The notes beneath the pieces were generated by a model. The model saw only the letters and a program-made list of their open reading frames with translations, was not told where the DNA came from and ran no database searches. Positions 8,892-16,598 of a DNA stretch of 46,324 nt are shown one piece after another (positions within the stretch are counted from its first letter, which is position 1; each line of letters starts with the position of its first letter). A program made the translations under genes and the position numbers. This DNA is from Candidatus Shapirobacteria bacterium (GTDB lineage: Bacteria; Patescibacteriota; Microgenomatia; UBA12405; JAUWLS01): contig JAUWLS010000004.1 of assembly GCA_030613565.1 (NCBI GenBank), forward strand, positions 1 through 46,324. The letters are read 5' to 3'.

Positions 8892-9563
8892 TTAAGATAA
8901 AAATAGAGACTTTTGGCCAGATAAAGGGGTTAAACAAATGGAGTGAATGTGGTGATAAGCACTAACCGCCTTGTTAAATAGATCGATGTTGAACTGCATA
9001 CTTGTTTTGGATTTAATTTGTTTTTTGGAAACTAAATCCCAGTTTGAGCGAAGTAGTTTTCGTCCTTCCTTTTCATTAACCCAGCGATAGTCTATGGTTT
9101 CTTTGTTTTTGGGATCTTTTAAAAGAGGTATCTTATCAGATCCTTGATATTCAATAATGGCAAGATGGTAGATTTTTCCTCTGTTTGGCCTGTTTTTTTG
9201 GGTTTCGTCTTTTGATCGATGATGATCGTAGACTTGTTTGGCAAAGTCAAAAAGGATGGCTAATTGCTTAAATTGAGCCTTGGTTTCTATAACTTTTAGA
9301 CCTCTAAAACCTTGTTCTTCGTCTAGATTGCGAGCAATGGTGGTAAAAATATCATCAACAATGTTTTTGGATTTAATACCTTCTTTTGGTAAACCCCAGG
9401 AGCGGATATATTGACGAATCAGAAGATATTTGTTTTTGTTGGCGGTTGCGTTTTTGTTTATCAGAAGGAGAATAATGCTATTTCGATACCCGGAAGGGGT
9501 TGGTCTGTGAAGTCGTGGGTTTAGAAAATAATAAGAAAGAGAAGGATTGGTTATTAAGGACAT
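8892..9563 (-). CDS. Divergent Nudix-fold protein
   Basis: KYLLIRQYIRSWGLPKEGI...IARNLDEEQGF (degenerate Nudix box), ETIDYRWV; C-terminal QKSLF. Confidence 0.7.
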   Translation of the reverse strand: MSLITNPSLSYYFLNPRLHRPTPSGYRNSIILLLINKNATANKNKYLLIRQYIRSWGLPKEGIKSKNIVDDIFTTIARNLDEEQGFRGLKVIETKAQFKQLAILFDFAKQVYDHHRSKDETQKNRPNRGKIYHLAIIEYQGSDKIPLLKDPKNKETIDYRWVNEKEGRKLLRSNWDLVSKKQIKSKTSMQFNIDLFNKAVSAYHHIHSICLTPLSGQKSLFLS

Positions 9564-9592
9564 AGAGGATCGTTTATTTTACCATTTGAGAA

Positions 9593-9651
9593 GTTTTGGA
9601 AGATTCAAACAAGCTTGAAAGTGTTTTTCACAGTTTTATTGTACTTCTTTT
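9593..9651. repeat. 59-bp direct repeat, copy B (decayed copy of the HD gene 5' end)
   Basis: gttttggaagattcaaacaagcttgaaagtgtttttcacagttttattgtacttctttt; the minus strand reads GTG-K-N-T-F-K-L-V-stop. Confidence 0.9.
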
Positions 9652-10052
9652 CGCCAGGCGGTTTTGAGTTTTTGGTCCAGAGTTAAAAGCTTTACCCTTC
9701 TGGCAAGGGCGAGAGATAAGTAAGAAGCGTCGTAAAAGGAAAGATGGTGCTTTACGGCTAAGGAAAGAGTCTTTTGATAATCAACTTCCAGATAATTGAT
9801 GGGCAGAGCAAGAAAGTTTTTGAAAATTTTTTGAGCAATGTCATTTTTAAGACGTTTTTGTAGACGAGCCGATCTTATGGCATTTCCAACTTCATATTTT
9901 AGTAAAGGCGGAGAAATAAAGTCGGATAGGTTTTGGGCATAATGGGAAAAGAGTTTTTTGATTTCGATAGGCAGTTTTTCATCGGGAAAGAGTTTGGCGA
10001 GAATGACGGAACTATCGATAACGTAGGTAGGGTGATCAGTAGCGACGGCCAT
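9636..10052 (-). CDS. vapC: PIN-domain VapC-family toxin
   Basis: YVIDSSV, LKYEVGNA, LSFYDASYL, LLTLD; overlaps the antitoxin 3' end. Confidence 0.9.
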   Translation of the reverse strand: MAVATDHPTYVIDSSVILAKLFPDEKLPIEIKKLFSHYAQNLSDFISPPLLKYEVGNAIRSARLQKRLKNDIAQKIFKNFLALPINYLEVDYQKTLSLAVKHHLSFYDASYLSLALARRVKLLTLDQKLKTAWRKEVQ

Positions 10053-10275
10053 GTTCAACTAAGGCTTTATAATCAATGTTTTTAGTGTCAACTTTTGCAG
10101 ATAAAGTCTCCAAATTTTGTAATAATTCTTGGCGATGATTGGGTCTGGTTTGGTAAGTTTGTCTCAATGCCTCGCGAATGAGGGCGGCAATGGTTTTTTT
10201 GTGTTTAGTGGCCAAAAAAGATAGGGTTGAATAGTCCTGCTCGGTTAACAACACATTGGTTCTTCTGGTAAGCAT
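10036..10275 (-). CDS. RHH/CopG-type antitoxin
   Basis: RRTNVLL...IAALIREAL ribbon-helix-helix pattern; directly upstream of the PIN toxin. Confidence 0.85.
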   Translation of the reverse strand: MLTRRTNVLLTEQDYSTLSFLATKHKKTIAALIREALRQTYQTRPNHRQELLQNLETLSAKVDTKNIDYKALVEHGRRY

Positions 10276-10280
10276 GTTTT

Positions 10281-10309
10281 AAAGTAACATGTTACTTTGT
10301 GTTTGTCAA
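10281..10309 (-). promoter_or_regulatory. Sigma70 promoter of the vapBC pair with an 18-bp perfect palindromic operator
   Basis: TTGACA-17nt-TACTTT-5nt-ATG; palindrome AAAGTAACATGTTACTTT at 10281-10298 overlaps the -10. Confidence 0.85.
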
Positions 10310-10366
10310 ATTGGTTTAGTTTGATATGTTCTCAGCTTGCTTTTATTACAGTCAAGAGAGGGAAGA

Positions 10367-12112
10367 TTACTTTTTCTCAATATTGAAGAGCATGGATTTT
10401 AGATGGATGGCACCTGGAGCACGAAGAGTAAAGATTTCTTTGAAGTCCTCTCCAGAAATAGAGACTGTTCCACGGTTGGTTTGGAAACGAAGTTGGCTAA
10501 CATAGCCTCCAGTAGAATAGTCAGTATCAACAGTAGAGATAGAAGTAACTGCACCACCGAAACGATTGGCTTCTTGCCTCACTTTTTCTTTAGACCAAGT
10601 GTTGGGATCTACCCCACCCCAACATCCACCCGAATCAACTTGAGAAAGATAAGGAAGAGTCCCTCTATCGTTTGAGTAAACAAGGGCGGCATTGACGATA
10701 TCGGAAAATTCTTCTTCTGTTAGCCAAGGATGAGAACGACCACAAGAAACATTGGAACGAGTTTTGTACCAACCCTTGTAGTACCAAGGGGAGGCGGAAA
10801 CTTTTTCATAAGAATCAGCAGGCCAACAACTTTGAGATCCACAGGTAGTATCCCAAAGACCGGGGGTGTTGTGACCCAAGGTGTTATAGGAGTATTGGTA
10901 TCCTCCAGAAGTGGAAGCGTACCAAGTACTGATGATTTCATTGGTTTGATTGCTGACAACAATTTTTCCTCTGGTTTCAGCAACGGCTTTGCGCCAAGTT
11001 TCAGGAACAGAAGAAGCTTTGGAAGAAGAGTAGACCTGACAGGCTTCGGTGGTACAAATGGAACCGGAAGCATTTCTATTACCCATACGCCAGCCCATGT
11101 AAGAAAGGGCGTAGGTGCGAGCAGCAATGGCTTGGGCTTTTAGGGCCTCCATTCCGCCTTTATCTCCCCAAGAACTAGGCATTTCGGCGATACCCAATAG
11201 ATAGTTGTCTTCGAAAGGAAGCGATCCGACGGTGGTAGAAACTGATCCAGGAGAGTCGATGGACTCGAGACGAATGTCTCCGTAGTAAGCTCTTAAAATG
11301 GCTTCGTAGTTTTGTCCAGACTTGGCTCGACCAAAGGCTCCGAATTGACTCATACCCTTTCGGTGAGGGGCGCCAAAGGAAAAAGCAGCAAAGGCGGGGG
11401 AGAAACCAGGATTGTAGTCAGCTCGAGAGGCGGGGTCTTGAGAAGAGGAGACGTCTCCAACAGAAGTAGAGAAAAGAGCAGTTTTTTGAGCAATTAGGTC
11501 TTGTTGTTTTTGAGAAAGTTCAGCTTTATAGTCCTCGGCTTTTTTAATTTCTCCGCCTAGAAAGTCAGATCTTTGTTCAAGATCTTTTTTAAGAACAGCT
11601 AGTTTTTGAGTTTCAGCTTCAAGGCGAGTTTTGTTGTCGTTTAAGGTAGCTATTTTCTGACCAAAGTCAGTAATTAAGCCTCTGTCTTTTTCGATGATGG
11701 CTTGATACCAAGAGTACTGGCGAATAAGATCAGAGGAAGAGTTGGAGAGAAGGATCAGTAAGGGATCGAACTTTTGTTGGTTTTTATAGTAGCGCTTGAC
11801 ACGAGAAGAAAGAAGGATCTTTTGAACTTCAAGGTCGGATTCATTTTCTAGAAGTTTAGTTTCAAGATCAGTAATCTGGTTGGTAATAGAAATGATTTGG
11901 GATTGGGAATACTTTACTTTCTGGGAGATGTCTTTTTGTTCATCTTTTAAGGGACTAATGGCTTTTTCAAGATCGGCGATTTGCTGTTCAACTTCGGCGA
12001 TTTGTTCGTCTAAAGATTTCCCTAATACCTGAAGAGACGGTGAGAGTAGGGATGAGAAGGTGAAAAGAAAGAGGAGGGTAATGATAAAGAGGGATTTAGT
12101 TTTTAGTTTCAT
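10367..12112 (-). CDS. Secreted coiled-coil + SpoIID/LytB-domain peptidoglycan hydrolase
   Basis: Signal peptide, about 180-aa coiled coil, HRKGMSQFGA, YLLGIAEMPSSW, EALKAQAIAARTYA, CQVY. Confidence 0.88.
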   Translation of the reverse strand: MKLKTKSLFIITLLFLFTFSSLLSPSLQVLGKSLDEQIAEVEQQIADLEKAISPLKDEQKDISQKVKYSQSQIISITNQITDLETKLLENESDLEVQKILLSSRVKRYYKNQQKFDPLLILLSNSSSDLIRQYSWYQAIIEKDRGLITDFGQKIATLNDNKTRLEAETQKLAVLKKDLEQRSDFLGGEIKKAEDYKAELSQKQQDLIAQKTALFSTSVGDVSSSQDPASRADYNPGFSPAFAAFSFGAPHRKGMSQFGAFGRAKSGQNYEAILRAYYGDIRLESIDSPGSVSTTVGSLPFEDNYLLGIAEMPSSWGDKGGMEALKAQAIAARTYALSYMGWRMGNRNASGSICTTEACQVYSSSKASSVPETWRKAVAETRGKIVVSNQTNEIISTWYASTSGGYQYSYNTLGHNTPGLWDTTCGSQSCWPADSYEKVSASPWYYKGWYKTRSNVSCGRSHPWLTEEEFSDIVNAALVYSNDRGTLPYLSQVDSGGCWGGVDPNTWSKEKVRQEANRFGGAVTSISTVDTDYSTGGYVSQLRFQTNRGTVSISGEDFKEIFTLRAPGAIHLKSMLFNIEKK

Positions 12113-12199
12113 TTAGTTAATTATAGAGGAGAGGAGGGGGAAGAAGAAAAACAGGTTTGCACTGTTCACACCAAAGTTGTCTTGGTATAATCCACATTA

Positions 12200-12739
12200 A
12201 TGAGAAAGTTGATTTTTGGAGTAGTTTTTTTGGCCCTTTTTATGTTTGTGGGGGCAGTTAGTCCTTCTGGTGTAAGGGCTTGTGTTTGTGACGCGAACAC
12301 AGACAATGTTTGTGTGGTAGTTACAGATAGTAGTGATTGTAACTCTGATGAGGTTCCAGTTTGCCAGTCAGGAGGAACGGCAAGTGGTGGGTGTAGAATT
12401 CCAAGTTGTGTTTGCAGAGATGCAAGTAGGACAGTTTTTTGTGCAACAGGAGGTGGAGAGGATGGAATAGATACAGCAATTGGATGTATACCGATTGCTA
12501 GAGAAAGTTTTGTTAACTGGCTTTTGAATAGATTGTTTGGGATTATTGGAGGAATCGCATTTGTGTTAATGGTGGGAGGAGGAATACAAATGGCAATGAG
12601 CGGAGGAGATCCACAAAAATTAAAGGCGGGGCAAGAAGTACTTTCTTCGGCTTTGGCGGGACTTTTGTTTGCTTTGTTTTCCTTGTTTATCTTAAGATTG
12701 ATAATGGTAGATATATTACATATTCCAGGATTAAGTTAA
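12200..12739 (+). CDS. CPR pilin (TrbC/VirB2-like) with a Cys-rich N-terminal domain
   Basis: Signal peptide, 10 Cys, IDTAIGCIP, then TM-GG..MSGGDPQKLKAGQE-TM pilin signature. Confidence 0.8.
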   Translation: MRKLIFGVVFLALFMFVGAVSPSGVRACVCDANTDNVCVVVTDSSDCNSDEVPVCQSGGTASGGCRIPSCVCRDASRTVFCATGGGEDGIDTAIGCIPIARESFVNWLLNRLFGIIGGIAFVLMVGGGIQMAMSGGDPQKLKAGQEVLSSALAGLLFALFSLFILRLIMVDILHIPGLS

Positions 12740-13063
12740 ATGAAATTAGTTAAAGAAGTATGGGCTCAAACAGATCTTCCGGATTATAGTGGGGTTAATG
12801 GATGGAGATTAGGAAACAGACCATTGCTGGGAGATGTAATTAGTCAGATTTTGCCTTATGTGTTTGTAGCGGCGGGAATGGGAATGTTTGTTATGCTTAT
12901 TATTGGGGGATTTGAATTGATGGTAAGTGGAGGAGACTCAGGGAAGATGAAGGCGGCACAAGGGAAGCTAACAGGAGGAATTGTGGGATTTTTATTGGTA
13001 GTTTTTGCTTATTTTGTAACCCAGATAATAGAGTCAGTATTTAGTGTGAATATATTAGGATGA
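12740..13063 (+). CDS. CPR pilin (TrbC/VirB2-like)
   Basis: TM-GGFELMVSGGDSGKMKAAQGKL-TM; starts immediately after the first pilin's stop. Confidence 0.8.
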   Translation: MKLVKEVWAQTDLPDYSGVNGWRLGNRPLLGDVISQILPYVFVAAGMGMFVMLIIGGFELMVSGGDSGKMKAAQGKLTGGIVGFLLVVFAYFVTQIIESVFSVNILG

Positions 13064-13168
13064 GTAGTCAAAGAAAAAAGGAAACAAGAGGCGGTGTGAT
13101 TTTAGTGGTTGAAAGTAACCCTGCGAAAGCAGATCAAAAGATGTTGAAAGTATTAAGAAGACCTTAAC

Positions 13169-13912
13169 TTATTTTCCTTTTCGACGATTGCGCTGTTGAT
13201 ACCAGTGAATGGCTTTTTCTAGTTTTTTGGGTCCAAAATCAGGCCAGAGGGTCTCGGTAAAATAGAGTTCGGCATAAGACATCTGCCAGAGAAGGAAATT
13301 ACTGAGTCTAAACTCCCCTCCTGGACGAATAATAAGGTCGGGGTCGGGTTGACCGTTGGTATAGAGATATTGGGAAACTAGTTTTTCGTTAATTTTTTTG
13401 GCGGGTATACCATCTTTGACAATGTTTTTGATGGCATTGACTATTTCATCTCGTCCACCGTAGTTTAGAGCAACGTTAAATTTGATACGTTCATTTTTTA
13501 AAACAATATCAAGCATTTCCCTAATAGCGGCTTTTACTTTTCGAGGAAAGGCTTGAAAGTTCCCTAAGACAATTATTCTGATTCCAGCGTTTTTATATTC
13601 TTCTTTTTTTTCTTTAACAATGTTTATAAGGAGTCCAAAGATACCTTTTACTTCATCAACAGCTCTTTTTTTCCAGTTTTCAGTAGAGAGGGCATAAACA
13701 GTAATGTGTTTAATGCCAATGTCTTTAGCGTGCTGAACTATTGCTTCAAGATTTTTTGTCCCTGCTTCATGTCCTTGGGTAGTAGAAAGCCCTTTAGCTT
13801 TTGCCCAGCGACGATTGCCATCCATAATGATACCGATGTGTTTGGGCATTCCATTAGGATCGATTTTAAGTTTGGTTACAAAGGGAAGTTTTTTAGTTTT
13901 TTTTCGAGGCAT
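13169..13912 (-). CDS. uppS: Undecaprenyl diphosphate synthase (cis-prenyltransferase)
   Basis: HIGIIMDGNRRWA, STENW, NYGGRDEI, PDLIIR, RLSNFLLWQ. Confidence 0.97.
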   Translation of the reverse strand: MPRKKTKKLPFVTKLKIDPNGMPKHIGIIMDGNRRWAKAKGLSTTQGHEAGTKNLEAIVQHAKDIGIKHITVYALSTENWKKRAVDEVKGIFGLLINIVKEKKEEYKNAGIRIIVLGNFQAFPRKVKAAIREMLDIVLKNERIKFNVALNYGGRDEIVNAIKNIVKDGIPAKKINEKLVSQYLYTNGQPDPDLIIRPGGEFRLSNFLLWQMSYAELYFTETLWPDFGPKKLEKAIHWYQQRNRRKGK

Positions 13913-13945
13913 GTTTAGGGATTATATAACGGAATGAATAGTATC

Positions 13946-14239
13946 TTATGACTTGGTCGTAGTTAAGGAGTTAAAACCTTCGAACCAGTCTTTATCTTCT
14001 TGCTTACAGGTCGAACAAACACCAAGCGGGTCTCCATCGTCAGGGGGTTTAGCTCCATTATCTATAAAAGCTCTACAAAAAAGAAGTCTTTCTTGAATAC
14101 GAGAGACTGACTCTTCTTCAAGTGGAGTTAGTCCATTGTCTGTTTCATTAAGAAGTGGGCATCCTTGTTTTTGAAGATTAGGCAGAAGAATTGACAGGAG
14201 AGGGATTTGTTCTGCTATTTCAGCTGGGTGAATTTCCAT
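13946..14239 (-). CDS. Orphan 97-aa protein with 4 Cys including CxxC
   Basis: Fills the gap between the 16S terminator and uppS; TATTTT 8 nt before ATG; C-terminal VCSTC. Confidence 0.6.
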   Translation of the reverse strand: MEIHPAEIAEQIPLLSILLPNLQKQGCPLLNETDNGLTPLEEESVSRIQERLLFCRAFIDNGAKPPDDGDPLGVCSTCKQEDKDWFEGFNSLTTTKS

Positions 14240-14252
14240 TTTGATATAAAAT

Positions 14253-14275
14253 AACCCCGCATTGTAGGCGGGGTT
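14253..14275 (-). terminator. Intrinsic terminator downstream of 16S rRNA
   Basis: AACCCCGC-7nt-GCGGGGTT hairpin followed by a T-rich tract on the minus strand. Confidence 0.75.
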
Positions 14276-14292
14276 TAATTTATTGTTTTTTT

Positions 14293-14320
14293 GAAATCAT
14301 CAATGTAAGTGACAGAAAGC
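14293..14320. repeat. 3' arm of the 16S processing stem (inverted repeat with 15942-15969)
   Basis: gaaatcatcaatgtaagtgacagaaagc versus reverse complement of 15942-15969, gaagtcactaatgtaagtgacgggaagc; 12-bp perfect core. Confidence 0.8.
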
Positions 14321-14338
14321 TACTTTATTTCCCCTTAG

Positions 14339-15800
14339 AAAGGAGGTGATCCATCCGCTCCTTCCAGAACGGATACCTTGTTACGACTTAACCCTCATCG
14401 CCGGATTTGCCTTAGTCCCACAAAAAATATGTGAGGTATCGGGCACCCCCGACTTTGCTGATTTGACGGGCAGTGTGTGCAAGAGGCGAGAACGTATTCA
14501 CCGCAGTCTGCTGATCTGCGATTACTACCAATTCCAAGTTCATGCAGGCGAATTTCAGCCTGCAATCCCAACTGAGAACTGTTTTAAGGATTAGCTCCAC
14601 CTCGCGGTTTGGCAACCCTCTGTACAGCCCATTGTAGGATGTGTGTAGCCCTGGACATAAGCATCATGCTGACTTGACGTCTTCCACTCCTTCCTCCCAA
14701 CAAAATAATGCTGGGCAGTCTCTCGTGACATAGTAACACGAGACATGGGTTGCGTTCGTTACCCCACTTAAGGGAACAACTCACGTCACGAACTGACGAC
14801 AGCCATGCAACAGCTGTGTACCACTCTCGAAGAAGTCCACCTTTCGATGGATTTGCAGGTACATGTCAAGCCCAGGTAAGGTACAGCGCTTCATATCGAA
14901 TTGAACCACATGCTCCACTGGTTGTGCGCCTCCCCGCCAATTCGTTTGAGTTTCAACCTTGCGGCTATACTCCCCAGGCGGCTCGCTTAACGCGTTAGCT
15001 TGCGCCTCACAGATAAATCCATAAGGCTAGCGAGCATCGTTTAGGGCTAGGACTACCTGGGTCTCTAATCCAGTTTGCTACCCTAGCTTTAGTCTCTCAG
15101 TGTCAGTACATACCTAGCTACCTGCCTTCGCTCTTGGTGTTCTTGATGGTATCCACGGATTTCACCCCTACACCATCAATTCCAGTAGCCCCGATATGAC
15201 TCAAGTCTAATAGTATTTCGCCCCTTTCCCCAGTTAAGCCGGGGTATTTAAAACGAAACTTTTTAAACCACCTACAGACGCTTTACGCCCAGTAAATCCG
15301 GGTAACGCTTGCAACCTACGTATTACCGCGACTGCTGGCACGTAGTTAGTAGTTGCTTATTCTGCCCCCGATATGGGGGCTAAAAGAGGTTTACAACCCG
15401 AAGGCCGTCATCCCTCACGCGGTGTCGCTGCGTCAGACTTTCGTCCATTGCGCAAGATTCCTAGCTGCTGCCTCCCGTAGGAGTATGGGCCGTGTCTCAG
15501 TCCCATTGTGTCGGACCCTCCTCTCAGAGCCGATATCCGTCATAGCCTTGGTAGGCCATTACCCTACCAACAAGCTGATAGAACGCACGCTCCTCCCTGA
15601 GCGGATAGTTACATCCTTTACTCTTTCGAGAACTATGGAGAATTACCCTCGATTTCTCGAGGCTATGCTCCTCTTAGGGGTAGATTCGTACGCGTTACTC
15701 ACCCGTTCGCCACTGCCTATCCGAAGATAAGCCGTTCGACTTGCATGCCTTAGGCACACCGCCAGCGTTCACCCTGAACCACGATCAAATTCTTAGTGAC
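14339..15800 (-). rRNA. rrs: 16S ribosomal RNA (solitary, no large intron)
   Basis: 5' AGAATTTGATCGTGGTTCAG; ACTCCTACGGGAGGCAGCAG; GTGCCAGCAGTCGCGGTAA; AAGTCGTAACAAGG; 3' GGATCACCTCCTTT; about 1460 nt. Confidence 0.99.
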
Positions 15801-15941
15801 AAACAAATCTTGATCACCAAAAGTAGACTCAAGATTTGCACATCAGATTAACTCTGATGATTCAGTTTAGGATCAAAAGATCCTAATTCATTTTTTTAAA
15901 ACGGCCCGAAGGCCATTTTCTCTAAACGAAATGAAAGTTTG

Positions 15942-15969
15942 GCTTCCCGTCACTTACATTAGTGACTTC
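15942..15969. repeat. 5' arm of the 16S processing stem
   Basis: Complementary to 14293-14320 and lies in the rRNA leader. Confidence 0.8.
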
Positions 15970-16015
15970 GTTGATGTTAACGTGCGAAGAACCCAAATCT
16001 TCTTCGGGTAGAGGG

Positions 16016-16044
16016 ATTTTAACCTAGACAGGGGTTTAATTCAA
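16016..16044 (-). promoter_or_regulatory. 16S rRNA sigma70 promoter
   Basis: TTGAAT-17nt-TAAAAT, about 215 nt upstream of the mature 16S 5' end. Confidence 0.75.
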
Positions 16045-16052
16045 GAAGAGAC

Positions 16053-16298
16053 TTAAGAAGAATAGGCAGATTGACGATGCTGGATAATGATGATTATAAG
16101 AGTGGATTTCTTATGTTGATAGATAATTCGATAAGGCCAGGCACGGTAAGAAAAGAGTCCTTTAAGATTACCTTTTAATTTTTTCCCTTGAAGAGGGCTT
16201 TTTTTAAGAAGACTTAGTCTTTTTTTAACCTTTTTTTGATCTGAAGAAGACAGTTTTTTAATTTGCTTTACTGCTTTTTGAGTAAAAAGAAGAGTCAT
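16053..16298 (-). CDS. relE: RelE/ParE-family toxin
   Basis: FTQKAVKQIKKL, PLQGKKLKG, YRAWPYRIIY, HRQSAY. Confidence 0.88.
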   Translation of the reverse strand: MTLLFTQKAVKQIKKLSSSDQKKVKKRLSLLKKSPLQGKKLKGNLKGLFSYRAWPYRIIYQHKKSTLIIIIIQHRQSAYSS

Positions 16299-16300
16299 TT

Positions 16301-16564
16301 TTAAAAAAGGTTTTTTTCAGAAACAAGATTACCTTGCTCTAGGTCTTTTAGTCCTTGTTTAATGTCTTTAGTGAGTTTTTTATCGCTAAGAATACTGATT
16401 GTTTCTTCCCAGGACTCTAGTTCTTCTAAAGAAATTAGAGCGGCTTTGGCTTTGCCTTTTTTGGTTATTATGTAGCGTTTGAACTCGTTAGCAGTAGTGT
16501 CTATAAGGTTATAAAGTTTGGATCTGGCTTCGCTAGCAGAAATGGTTATGTTCTGAGATAACAT
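16301..16564 (-). CDS. Phd/YefM-family antitoxin
   Basis: ISASEARSKLYNLID, ITKKGKAKAALIS, ESWEETISIL. Confidence 0.9.
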   Translation of the reverse strand: MLSQNITISASEARSKLYNLIDTTANEFKRYIITKKGKAKAALISLEELESWEETISILSDKKLTKDIKQGLKDLEQGNLVSEKNLF

Positions 16565-16569
16565 AAGTT

Positions 16570-16598
16570 ATCGTACTAAAAAGCGTACGCTTTGTCAA
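16570..16598 (-). promoter_or_regulatory. Sigma70 promoter of the Phd-RelE pair with a 14-bp palindromic operator
   Basis: TTGACA-17nt-TACGAT-5nt-ATG; palindrome AAAGCGTACGCTTT at 16580-16593. Confidence 0.85.

Noticed and set aside
14346-15730. ORFs 14346-14594, 14412-14615, 14584-14784, 14750-14998 and 15353-15730
   Set aside because: All lie within the 16S rRNA gene and are spurious translations.
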